This document shows, piece by piece, positions 9,665 to 21,000 of a DNA stretch of 64,000 nt; the stretch's first letter is position 1, and each line of letters starts with the position of its first letter. A program made the position numbers and the translations under genes. The notes under the pieces were generated by a model. That model did not search any database and was not told where the DNA came from. It worked only from the letters and a program-made list of their open reading frames with translations. The stretch covers positions 192,001-256,000 of the forward strand of contig CBDFLE010000004.1 in the NCBI GenBank assembly GCA_965248925.1, in the 5' to 3' direction. This stretch comes from Candidatus Multivoradales bacterium (GTDB lineage Bacteria; Acidobacteriota; Thermoanaerobaculia; Multivoradales; J023).

Positions 9665-10027
9665 TCACGGTTCAAGAAAAAGCACCCACCGGGCAGAAGG
9701 GACCGGTCCTGCCCGGAGGGGAGTCGCCGTGGTTGGGGAGGGGCCACCACGGCCATCACAGGGACTCAGGGAGCGAGCGAGGTCGAAGTCCGCCGGCCGC
9801 AGACGGGCCGGCGCCACCGGCCCGATCCGTACCGAGACCCAGCGGCCGACTATCGCGGCTCTGGGTTCTAGGTTGGTGAGTTCACCGCGATAAAACACCC
9901 ACTCGACGAAGATCAGGGAATCGCGCCAAGAGTCAAAGAGATATTTGCGGGTGATCTTTTGTTGCCCCTTGATTTGTCGCCAAACGGGTAGGGCACTCAG
10001 GGCCTGTTGGATCTCTTCGTCGGTCAT
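9665..10027 (-). CDS. Pterin-4a-carbinolamine dehydratase (PCD/PhhB)-fold protein 1, degenerate
   Basis: MTDEEIQQALSALPVWRQ...ITRKYLFDSWRDSLIFV...WVSVRI...DFDLARSL follows the PCD pattern; LEP replaces the HHP catalytic motif; AAGGAGAG RBS. Confidence 0.65.
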   Translation of the reverse strand: MTDEEIQQALSALPVWRQIKGQQKITRKYLFDSWRDSLIFVEWVFYRGELTNLEPRAAIVGRWVSVRIGPVAPARLRPADFDLARSLSPCDGRGGPSPTTATPLRAGPVPSARWVLFLEP

Positions 10028-10164
10028 CGCTCTCTCCTTGGGTCTAGGAGATGGTAGGCGAAGGCAGGAGGGATTGAGCAGACATCCTGCTTTTCAAGCG
10101 CTCACTCCGCGCGGCCCGCCCCGTGATCGCCGGACTACCTGGCGGCTGGTTGATTCTCAGGCGT

Positions 10165-10217
10165 GAGGACTGTGAGTCCTCTTCATTGAGAAAGAGAGAG
10201 GACTGAGAGTCCTCTCT
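10165..10217. promoter_or_regulatory. Tandem palindromic operator pair in the divergent promoter region, unit 1
   Basis: GAGGACT-gtg-AGTCCTC (10165-10181) and AGAGAGGACT-gag-AGTCCTCTCT (10195-10217), 33 bp apart; conserved in unit 2. Confidence 0.65.
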
Positions 10218-10309
10218 GTCCAAAAACTCCGTCGTTTTTGCTGTCGAAGCCCCGGAGAGTCGTTGGTTGCGATACTCTTTGGGCCTAATCAATATCTCTG
10301 GAGGGAGCA

Positions 10310-11647
10310 ATGTTTGGCGAATCAGCGAGCGAGCAGCACCAGCGATGCCTACAAACGCTGAAGGCCCATGTGCGACGGCATCCGATGTCGGTAAGGGAGA
10401 TCGAACGCCGCCTGGGATATTCTCCGTCCTACTTGCACCGGATCCTTCGTGGCAAAGTAGGGTTGTCGTTTGAGGGCTTGTTGCAGCTGCTCGAAGTGGT
10501 GGATATGAGCTTCGAGGAGCTGGCGATCAAGACGGCGCGAGTGGATGCCGAGGGATTGTTGGAGAGAGCCTTACCTCCGGGCACGGTAGATCCGCCAGAA
10601 ATTGAGCAGTTGTCGTTAGTAGCAACTCAGCTCATCGAAGGTGATCTTGTTAGAACAGCACCCGATTCAGCATGTCAGGCGCTATTTCAGGCGGTGAGTG
10701 AAGCTGATGAGCAGCGCTACTCGGACCCCTGGTTAGCCGCTGAAAAGGCGTGGTCAATCGCAGCTTATGTAGCGCCTAGAATAGCCGGCAGATCGGCGCT
10801 GGAACTCTGCTGTGGAGCGATCAGTGTTTACGGGTCTTGCTGCCGCATAGGTGGAAGCGTTCAGCAGGCGATCCGTACTCTGATCACGACCGGCCAACTC
10901 GCCCGGTCGTGCGGTCCGAGCCATCAGGCTAATTGGCTTCTTCGTTCTGCGTCGGCCTTGAATAGTCACGGTGAGCATGAGGCCGGGCTGGAACTTGCCC
11001 TGATAGCTGGGGAGATTTTTGAGACATCCGGCGACAGTGCGGGCATGGGCTCGGCCTTTATCAGCAAGGCGATTTCGATGACATTGCTGCCGGACATTGA
11101 GCGAGCAGAAGCGGCCTACCGCACAGCGCTTCTTCACATTCCGCCGGCTGGCCATTTGCGACTACTGTGTTCGGCGCATCACGGCGTCGCTAGGCTTCTG
11201 ATTGAGCGGGGGGAGTTGGGGCGGGCCAAATCACATCTTGAGCATGCTTCTTCGAAGCTTCCAGAGACGGACATCTACAGTCGAGGTATTTTGGCCCGGA
11301 CCTTGGGCTACTGGCATAGGAAAATGGGGCACAGGAAAGAAGCAATAGAGAATCTCAGTCTAGCGGCGAGCTGCCTTTCCAAGATCAACCCCTTCGACAT
11401 GGCTTTTGTTGTGCTCGACCAGATTGAGTTCTGTTTGGAAGATGGGCGACCCGAACAAGCGGTCAAGGCTGCCGAAGATACGTCCGACCTAATCGAGCTG
11501 TTCAAGTCCAATCCGGTCGCAGGTGGCATTCTCTTGAGGCTTCGAGACGCTGCCCAGAAGGGGCGGCTGACAGTGCGTCTGGTTGAGATTGCCCGGAAGA
11601 AGATGGCCGGCAGGCGGAGGTTCGGAATCCGCCCACCGGTTGCCTAG
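10310..11647 (+). CDS. XRE-type HTH + TPR transcriptional regulator, unit 1
   Basis: SVREIERRLGYSPSYLHRILRGKVGLS HTH followed by TPR-like helical repeats; GGAGG RBS. Confidence 0.8.
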   Translation: MFGESASEQHQRCLQTLKAHVRRHPMSVREIERRLGYSPSYLHRILRGKVGLSFEGLLQLLEVVDMSFEELAIKTARVDAEGLLERALPPGTVDPPEIEQLSLVATQLIEGDLVRTAPDSACQALFQAVSEADEQRYSDPWLAAEKAWSIAAYVAPRIAGRSALELCCGAISVYGSCCRIGGSVQQAIRTLITTGQLARSCGPSHQANWLLRSASALNSHGEHEAGLELALIAGEIFETSGDSAGMGSAFISKAISMTLLPDIERAEAAYRTALLHIPPAGHLRLLCSAHHGVARLLIERGELGRAKSHLEHASSKLPETDIYSRGILARTLGYWHRKMGHRKEAIENLSLAASCLSKINPFDMAFVVLDQIEFCLEDGRPEQAVKAAEDTSDLIELFKSNPVAGGILLRLRDAAQKGRLTVRLVEIARKKMAGRRRFGIRPPVA

Positions 11648-11978
11648 CTAGCCGTTGGGATCGATGAATGGGCCGAACTGCATCTCCGCTGACTTGTACT
11701 TGGACATCTGGTTCTCCCTTGAAACGAGCTGGTCGGGCCACGACATTGCGCCCGCTGCCCGCGACAGAGGCCAAAGCTACCTTGCTTCCCCGAGTTGATC
11801 CTTGACTTGAATGCCCATCAGACAGCGGCCGAGACCATGAACCCGGAGTGAGTGCAAGTAGACTCGGAGGGCAGGTATGCCACCTGGGGCCAGTGAGCCG
11901 CTCCGCGTGAGGCCCGTCTCTTGGCTGATCCGAGGCGGCTTAGGCAGCAGAACCTCTGTCATTCAGTGATCTGAGGGG

Positions 11979-12048
11979 AAACGGTTCATTTCGAGCTTGC
12001 GTAAATGAACCGTTTGGTCTCGATGACCATTTTTCCTACAGTCTTCCG
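11979..12048 (+). promoter_or_regulatory. 13-bp perfect inverted repeat plus candidate -10 box (TACAGT) 6 nt before the RHS ATG
   Basis: AAACGGTTCATTT-N11-AAATGAACCGTTT (11979-12015); TACAGT 12037-12042; no Shine-Dalgarno. Confidence 0.6.
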
Positions 12049-15000
12049 ATGTCGAAACAGCTATCTCTGCGCTCTCTCCTCGTCCTCCAAGCCTCTCTCG
12101 GTGCCCTCTTACTGTCGGTGAGCGCCGCGCAGGCGGCGCCGGTCTTTGTCTCGGTAACCCCCGCCGACGGCACTCTGTCGAGCGCCGCGACGGTGACTCT
12201 GACTATCGAAGTGCAGGCCGCGACCAGCTTGCAGGTGGATGGCCAAGCGGTCACCACGGTTGATCCCTCGGGGACGGTGTGGACCGCCGGTCCTTACTCG
12301 TTGAGCGAGGGGGAGCGGGTGTTGGTGTTGATCGCCGAGGACGCTTCTGGGGTGCAGGCTCAGCAGCTGCACCGGGTGGTGCGGGACTCGCTGCCGCCGG
12401 TGCTGAGCTTGAGCCAGCCGGCGGCGGGGGCGATCGTTGCCAGCTCGCCGCTGATCGTGGCCGGCACGGCGGTGGATGCGCATCTGGCGGCGGTGCGGGT
12501 GGGGGGTCAGGTGGCGGCTCTCAGTGGTGCGAGTTTTTCGCACTCTCTGGTCTTGGTGGAGGGCGAGCAGACGTTCACCGTGGAGGCGAGCGACAGCCTG
12601 GGGCAGAGCGGGCAGCAGAGTGTGACGGTGACTCTCGATAGCCAGCCGCCGACGGTGGCGCTGTTGGAGGGAGCTCAGCCGCTGGCGGCGGATGCGCTGT
12701 TCAATCGCTCGGTGGTGCTGAGCTTCAGCGTCACGGATGCGACGGCTACGACGGTCGAAGCGCTGCTCGACGGCGCTTCATTCACCTCCGGCACGACGGT
12801 GAGCGCGGCGGGTTCGCATGTGCTTTCAGTGACCGCCACCGACGCGGCTGGCCAGCCGACTAGCGTCAGCCGGAGCTTTGAGATCGACCTGACGGCGCCG
12901 ACTTTTCTCAGCTTCACGCCGAGCGATGGCACGCTCTTGGCAGACTCGCAGGTGACCCTCAGCGGGGTGGTGGAGGGTGCGGCCGCGCTGAGTGTCGAGG
13001 GGCAGGCGGCGAGCCTGGTGGGGCAGTCGTGGACGGCCGGGGCGTTGCAGCTGATCGAGGGGGAGCGGGAGATTTCTATCCTCGCTACTGATCTGGCGGG
13101 CAATAGCGCCTCGTTCACCTTGCATTTGGAGCGCGACGCGACGGCGCCGCAGCTGATCGGCCTGGTGCCCAGTGTGGACTCGGTTTTGGCGACCTCGCCG
13201 GTGGCGATCAGCGGCACCGCGAGTGACGCCCACTTGCTGGAGGTGCGGGTGGGGGGCGAGCTGGCGAGCCTGACGGGCTCGCAGTTCAGCCACCCGGCGG
13301 TAGTGCTGGTGGAAGGCGAGAATCTTCTGCCGATCGTTGCCACGGATCAGGTGGGCCATCAGGCGACGGCCGAGCTGCGGCTGGTGCTCGACACCCAAGC
13401 ACCGACACTGTCGGTGCTGGTGGCGGGGGTGCCGCTGCAGGGAGGCGCGGTGTTTGCCGGCCCGGTGACGCCTGAGATCTCGGCCAGCGATGCCACTGAA
13501 GTGGTGACGTCGGCGACTCTCGACGGTGCCACCTACTTGCCTGGCACGGTGATCGCTGGCGATGGCTTGCATCAGCTGTCGGTGAGCGCCAGCGACGCGG
13601 CGGGCCATCAGGCGACGGTGCTGGTGAGCTTCAGCCTCGACCTGGCGGCGCCGGTGTTCGCGGATCTGGCGCCGGTGGCTGGCAGTGTGGACAGCGCTGC
13701 TCAGGTGACGCTGACCGGCCGCGCGCCGGGGGCGGTGTCGGTGTCGGTGGACGGGCAAGCGGCGACGCTGGCGGGGGATGGCTTTAGCGCCGGTCCCTTC
13801 AATTTGAGCGAAGGGGAGCGGGTGTTCTTGCTCGCCGCCACCGATAGCGGCGGCAACGTCACCCAGCTGACCCACCGCCTGACCCGCGACTCGACGGCGC
13901 CGCAGCTCACCCTCGGCCAGCCGGCGGCCGGATCCCTGCTGGGGAGTACCACGGTCGATGTCAGCGGCACGGCGAGTGATCCGCGTCTTGATCAGGTGAC
14001 GGTCAATGGGGTGCTGGCCGAAATCAGTGGCGGCGCTTTCCTGGCCCGTCAGGTGGCGCTTATTGAAGGTGACAATGTGCTCACGGTGGTGGCGGCGGAC
14101 ACGGTGGGCAACGAGGTCCAAACGACCCGCTCGGTGACCGTTGATACGACGCCGCCGACGGTCGTCATCACCGACCCGGCCAGCGGCACGATCACCCCCG
14201 AGGCGGGGCTGACCCTGTCGGGCAGCGCCGCGGATCCTCATCTCGATCGGGTCGAGGTGGCGGGGGTGGGGGCGAGCTTGGCGGGTGGGCAATGGTCGTT
14301 GGCGGTGGATCTGCAAGAGGGCAGTAACACTTTCACCGTCGAAGCCTTCGACCCGCTCGGCCACAGCACCAGCGCTAGCGTGACGGTGACCCGCGACAGC
14401 TCGGCGCCTGAGATCCACATCGAGAGCCCGGCCGAGGGGCTTTACAGCCCAGCAGCGAATCTCACGGTCAGCGGCACGGTGGTCGCGGAGCCCGATTTGA
14501 CGGTGACGGTGGGCGGCGTGGCGGCGACGGTGGCGGGCAGTAGCTGGAGCGCCGCCGCGGTGCCGCTAGTAGAGGGTGAGAACCGGCTGATCGCAAGGGT
14601 GACCGACGCCCTGGGCAACCAAGGCACTCACACGCGGGTGGTGTGGCGCGACAACCAAGCGCCGGAGTTTCTATCGTCGATCCCCGCCGCGGGGGCTCTC
14701 GAGCTGCCGGCCGGCAGCAGCTTCCGGCTGCGCTTCAGCGAGCCGTTGGCGGCGCCCAGCGGGGGCGCCTACAGCCTCAGCACATTGGCTGGGCAAGCCC
14801 TGGCGAGCAGTGCCGAGATCGATGGCGACGACTTGGTGATCACCCCGCAGGCAGCACTGCCGTCGGCCACCGAGCTGCGCCTGGTGCTAGGGGCGGGGCT
14901 GGTCGATCGGGCGGGCAATGCTCTAGCGGCGGCTCATACTCTGGCTTTCACCGTGGTCGATGGCGGCTCCCCGGCGGCGCCGCAGCTCGACGCCTACGCT

Positions 15001-18000
15001 AGCTATCTCTGTGCGCCGGCTATCACCCTTGCCGGCAGTGCCGAGCCTGGTGCTTGGATCGAGGTAGATGGCGGGGCCTCAGTAGGAGCGGGGCAGGTGG
15101 CAGACGATGGCCGTTTCGCCATCAGCGTCGTGCTGCTGCCCGAGGGGCCGAATCACCTGACGGTGATCGCCGTCGACGCCGCGGGCAACCCCTCGCCCGC
15201 GACGAGCGCCGATATCGTCCACGATTGCACCGCGCCGGAGGTGCTGGGTGCCAGCCGGGAGGCGGCGGGATTCCGCATCGCCCTCAGCGAGACGGTCGAT
15301 CCGCTGACCTTGAGCGGCTCGGTGCGGGTGTACGACAGTGGCGTGGAGATCGCCGGCACGGTGAGCGCCGCGGTCAATGCTGGCGCTGGCGAGCTGATCT
15401 GGACGGCCACTGCGGCACTGCCATCCGTCGCTCTGCTGGTCGAGGTCGAAGGAGCTTTGGCGGACCTGGCCGGCAACCCGTTGGCTTTCCCCTACCGGCA
15501 ACTCTTCGATATAGCGCTGGGCGGTAGCTTCTTCTCTGGCACCGCTATCGACGACGCCTCCGGCCGGCCGCTGGGCGGGGTGCGGGCGGTGGTGACGGCC
15601 AGCGACGGGGTGGCCCTGGCCGAGCCCTGGCCGGAGCAGACCAGCGGCGAGGACGGTCGCCTGGTGATCGCTCTGCCCGCCGGCACTCACGACGTGACCT
15701 TTGCCCGGCCGGGCTACACGCCGGTGTTTCGGGTGGTGACGACGGTCGACGGCCAAGGCACGGACGTTTTCGACCCTCGCCTGACGCCGGCCGCGGCGGC
15801 GGTGTCGATAGATGCATCGGGTGGCTTGGTGGAGGGCTCTTCCGAGGTCGGCACGGCGCCGCGTCTCACCCTTCCGCCCGCCGGCCTGGCGTCGGCTGCG
15901 GCGGTGCGCCTGACGGCGGTGGGCGGCCAGGGGCTGGCCGCCTTGCTGCCCTACGGCTGGGCACCGCGGGGTGCCGTCTGGGTGGATCTCTCGGCCGTGA
16001 ATCTGGATAGTTCCGCGACCCTCGATCTGCCGGTGACCTCGCCCGACGGGACGGTCCTGGAAGCGGTGACTCTCGATCTCGCCACCCTGCAATGGCGTTC
16101 GCTGGGGGTGGTGACGGTGAGCGGCGGCGAGGTCACGATGACCGTCGACGGCGAAGGAGCCTGGGCGGCGGTGGAAGCCGACTCGGGAGCTTTGGCGCCG
16201 CCCCCGGCGGTCGCTGGCCAGATGCTGGGCTCCTCGGCCGCGCCGCCGTCCGGCGGGGTGACTAGCGCCAGCCTGAGCTTCGATCCCGAGGTGGTCTTGC
16301 CGACGCAGCGCAGCTGGGTACAGGTGCTCTACGGGCTGGCGGCGGAGGTGCCGAGCGGGGTGCCGCTGACTTTGTCGATCGAGGAGCGGCTGGAGCTACT
16401 CGATGGCAGCGTGCGGCGGATCAGTCCCTACAGCGCCGATCTGGTGCTCTACCGCGATTCGCTGGGCGATCCGACCTCGAGGTTCCGCCTGCGGCCTTCG
16501 GCCGCGGCGCGCAGCCTGCCGGTGCGGCTAGGTGCCGAGCAAGTCAGCGTGCGGTCCTACGGTGATGAGACGGTGCGCGGCAACGTGCTCGGCCCCGACG
16601 GCGGGGTGGTGTCGAGTGCCGAGGGCGATCAGGTGGTGTTGCCGACGGGAGCCCTCGAGGAGCCCACGGCGGTGACCCTGAGTCGCCGGACAGTGGCAGA
16701 TCTGCCGCTGGCTCCACCCGCTGGTGGCACGGTCGATGGCGTCTTGGAGCTGGACCTTGCCGGCCGCCGGCTGTTGCTGCCGGCTGAGTTGTCGTGGTCG
16801 CTGACCCCGGCACCGGCTGCTGGCACGCCGGGTTTGTTGCTAGGGGTGGTGGAAGTGGAAGGCGAGCCGCGCTATCGGGCGATTGCCGAGCTGGAAGCCA
16901 CCGGCACGGGCTGGAGGACCCAGGCGATTGACGCTGCCGATCTGGCCTGGCCGGGGGTGCTGGAAGGTGGTTTGTACGTTTTCTTGCGCCTCGATGCGGC
17001 ACCGCGCTTTGTGCGGGGCATGGTGCTTGACCCAGGAGGTGCTCCGGTCGTGGGCGCGGTGGTCGAGTCGACGACGGTGCCTTGGCTCCAGATCTCAGCC
17101 GCCGAGGGTGGCTACGTGCTGCCGATTCTGCTGGATGCCGCCACTCTCAGCGCGCGGCGCGCGGTCACCGGCAACGCGGTGGCGGTGGCGCTGCCGGCCG
17201 GGGTTGCGGCGGAGCGGGTCGATCTCGATTTGCCGCTACAGATCGTGGCGCCGTGGGTCGAGCAGATCACTCCGTCAGCGGGCACCAGCGGAGTGCTGCT
17301 CGGCTTCAATCCAGTGGTGCGTTTCAGCGAGCCGGTGGATCGGGCCTCGCTCGATGGCGCTATCGAGCTGCGCCAGGGGGGCGTGGCGGTGGCGGTGGCA
17401 CTCGATCACCAGGGCGCCCTGGTCACCCTGCTACCGCAGGCGACGCTGGTGCCCGGCAGCGAGTACGAGGTCTGGGTGGGGGCGGCGGTGCGTGACTTGC
17501 AGGGCTATGGGCTGAGCGGCTCGGTGAGCGTGCTGTTTAGCACCGAGGTGGTGGCGACGCCAGCCGGGGTCGATCGCGGGCGGATCTTCCTGGTCGAGCC
17601 CGATGCCCAGGGGCTGGCGCGAGTGGAGGGCCTGGCGGGGGCGGCGCCGGCCGGCACGCTGGTCTTCGTCGAAAACCTGACATCGTTCTCGACCACCGAA
17701 TCTGTACAGAGCGCGGGTGACGGCAGCTTCCTACTGACAATCGGCGCCAGCCTCGACGATCAGCTGCTGCTGCATGTGCTGATCGACGGCGGTAACGAGG
17801 TAGTGATCCTGCTGACTCCGTTCCTGGGCGCCGACCTGCGCACCGGCCTGGCGGGGACGGGGGCGGGGGAGTTTACGACCGCCGATGGAATCACCGTGCG
17901 TTACGCGGCTGGCACCTTCGCCGGGCCGTCCAGGGTGCAGGTGACGCCGATCGCCATGGGCACGCTGGCGGCGGCAGAAGACTTCAGCGAGCTGGTGACC

Positions 18001-21000
18001 TTCCGGCTGGAGATCGCCGGCGCGCAGCCACTGAAGCCGCTGGAAGTGACGATGGCGGCGCCGGCTGGCACCGCACCAGCTGGCACCGCAGCGGGCAGCC
18101 TCTGGCTGCTGCGCCGGCAGCTCGAGATTGCCGATTTACCGTGGATGGTCCACGCCGAGCTGGCTCTCGATGGCGGTGAGCTGAGCACGATCCACACCGT
18201 GGGCGAAGCCCAATCCGCCAACTCCGGCGAGGTGGGTGGCACCAAGTCAGGCACGTTTGACGTGCCGGCCCCTCTGCGGGTACTGAGCCCGGCAGAAGCC
18301 GCCGCGCGGCTGCCGCGCTCGGGCTTCTTGAGCGCTCTGCCGCCTGCTGACCCAGCGGCTCTGGTCGAGGTCGAGCCGCCCCTGGCCGGCTTGGGACCGG
18401 CCAAGGCGACCGTTGTCCCCGTCCTGGCGGACTACCTGGTCGGCGTCTCCCGCCCCGGCATCTACCAGGCAGCGAGGGCCGAGGTCGAGCTGGGTTGGAT
18501 CGCCTTCCCCTTCCGTGGCGCCCAAGATCTGGTGGTGCGCACCGCCGAGTTACCCGAGGTGGTGCTGGCGCTCGATGCCGTCAACCGCTCCTTCCTGCCG
18601 CTAGGCGCCGGTGCCTTGCCGGTTGAACTCAGCCCGACGCCATTGAACGCCGATCCAGCCGCGCCGGGGACCAAGGCGCCGCCAGCGGGCGAGCCCAAGG
18701 CCGACTCGGTGGAGATCCAGGTGCTCGATTTCGCCGGTGTCGAGCTTTACCGGCTGGTGGTCGACGCCCCGACCCAGCAGCTGGTGCTGCTGACCCCCAG
18801 CCAGCTACCCAACGCCGGGCCGCCCATGCCGGTGGGTGGTGGGCCGCTGCGCTTCCATGCATTCGACGTCGCTGAAGGCACCGCTGAGATCGCCGCCGGC
18901 ATCAGCGCCGAGCTGGAGGGTAACTCGCTCACCGTGCGCGGCGAGGCCGGCAGTGCCGGAGCTGGAGTGGCGGTGCGTTTGATCGATCTAGAAAGCTCGA
19001 ACGTGCTCAGCGCTACGGCTTCTCCAGGCGGTAGCTTCAGCGTCGTCGCCAGTCCGTCGCAGCTCGGCGATCAGCTGGTGCTGGCGATCTCGGCCAAGCT
19101 CACTCCCGGCCAGCCGCTGCGCCTCGACTTCTCAGAAGCCTTGCAAGAAGAGGCGCCAGGTATCCGGGTCGAGCACGACGGGATGGCGCTGCCGATCACC
19201 AAAGAGCCTCTGGGCAGCTGGGCACAGCTGCGGATCCATGGCGGCTGGCAGGCTGGCAAGACCTACAACTTGCGCCTGGACTCCACCATGGCCGACGCCG
19301 CCGGCTTGCCTTGGGATACTGACCTGACTCTGCCTTTCGAAGTCGCCGAATCGAGCGCCGGCACTAGCTTCGCGCTCGACGCGGCGCACGACATCGCGCG
19401 CCTCGGCTCGTTGCTCTTCGTGGCCGCCGGCGCCGATGGCCTGGCGGTGCTCGACGCCAGCGACCCGCGCCAGCTGAAGAACTGGCTGGCGGCTGAGACC
19501 TACGTCGATCTGGTCTCGGAGCCAGGTCTACCGGTGCGCGGGGTGGCGACCGACAGCCATGGCCGGGTGGTGGCAGTAGGGGGTGGCGTCGCCCGCCGGG
19601 GGGTGCTGCTGATCCTCGATCCGCAAGAGCTGCCCCAGGGTGCCGCGACGGTGCCCGCGGCGGCGATTCTCGGCCGCACCCTCCTCACCGAGCCCCAGCT
19701 GGCTGGCTCGGGTGCCCCGCCGCTGCTCATCGGTCGGCCGCTGGAGGTCGAAATCTTCAACCGCGACCAGAGCACGACTTGGACGCTGGGGGAGGCGGTG
19801 CCGCCGGGCCTCACCCTGGCCCCGCCCAGTCCACCGAGCGGCACGGCGGCCGTCTCGCTCACGGTCAGCGGCATGGCGACGGCGGAGCGTCCGGTGACCT
19901 TGCGCAATCTCACCACCGGCGAGCGCGACAGCGCTCGCGTCGGCAGTGCTGGTGGCGGCGGTGCTGGCAGTTTCTCCCTGAGTCTCAGCGTGCAGCGCGG
20001 CGACCGCCTGGAGCTACTGCGCAACGAGCTGTCCCTGGCCTACGTGGCAGGTTACGACGCCGGGGTGGTGACGGTGGATCTGAACGCCGTCGAAGCGGCC
20101 GATGAGGAAGTCGACGATCCCTGGGATGCTTTCGATCTGCTGCGCTACAACACCCATTATTTTGTACCGACCGAGGTGCTGTGCTCGACGTTTGAGAACG
20201 ACCAGCGCTTCGACGTGATCGAGGCGCGGGTGCTGCCGGCGGCGTCGGAGGGCGAGCCTTGGAGCGTGCTGGCTCTGGTTGAGAACTATGGCTTGCTGTC
20301 GCTGGGTGCCTCGGTCGCTGCGCCGCTGGACAAGCTGGCCTACCGCGACGCTCTGTGCGGCGAGGTCGATGACAACCGCAAGCTGGGCGGTCTCGACGTG
20401 CTGCCCGGCTACCGTTTCGACCGTAACGGCGACGGTGTGCTGGACGACGATGAGCCCGAGCGTGACTACGCGCTGCTCACCAACACCGTCGGTGGCGGCG
20501 GTCGTGGCTGGCTGCTGATTGTCGATGTCACCGAGCGCGATGAGCTTCGCCGGGTGGGCCGCATCGAGCTGCCCGGCCCGGCGACGCGGGTGACTGCTGA
20601 TCCGGTCGGCCGCCGCGCCCTGGTCTCAGGCCTCGGTGGCGGGGTCTACATCGTCGACCTCGACCGCTGGCCCGAGCTGGGTGGCGGCGGCGGAACCCCT
20701 CAGATCTGGTCGAGCGATCGGGTGGTCGAGCGCTTGAGCTTTGGCGAGGACGTGCGCGCCCCCACCTTGGTGGCGCCGGAGCTGGGCCTGGCCTTCGCCG
20801 GTGGCGTTGCCCGCGGCGTGACCCCCATCAGCACCGGCCTGCCGCGCCTGTCGCTGGTGACCAGCGGCCAGCAGGGACTGCGTCGGGTCGCCCGGCTGGC
20901 GCCATTTGGCGCGCCTACCGCGCCGGAGAGTGCCGAGGAGGGAGCGGAAGAAATACCCGGCGTGATCCGCGTGCAGGCGCAGCTTCCTGGTGGCCTGGCC

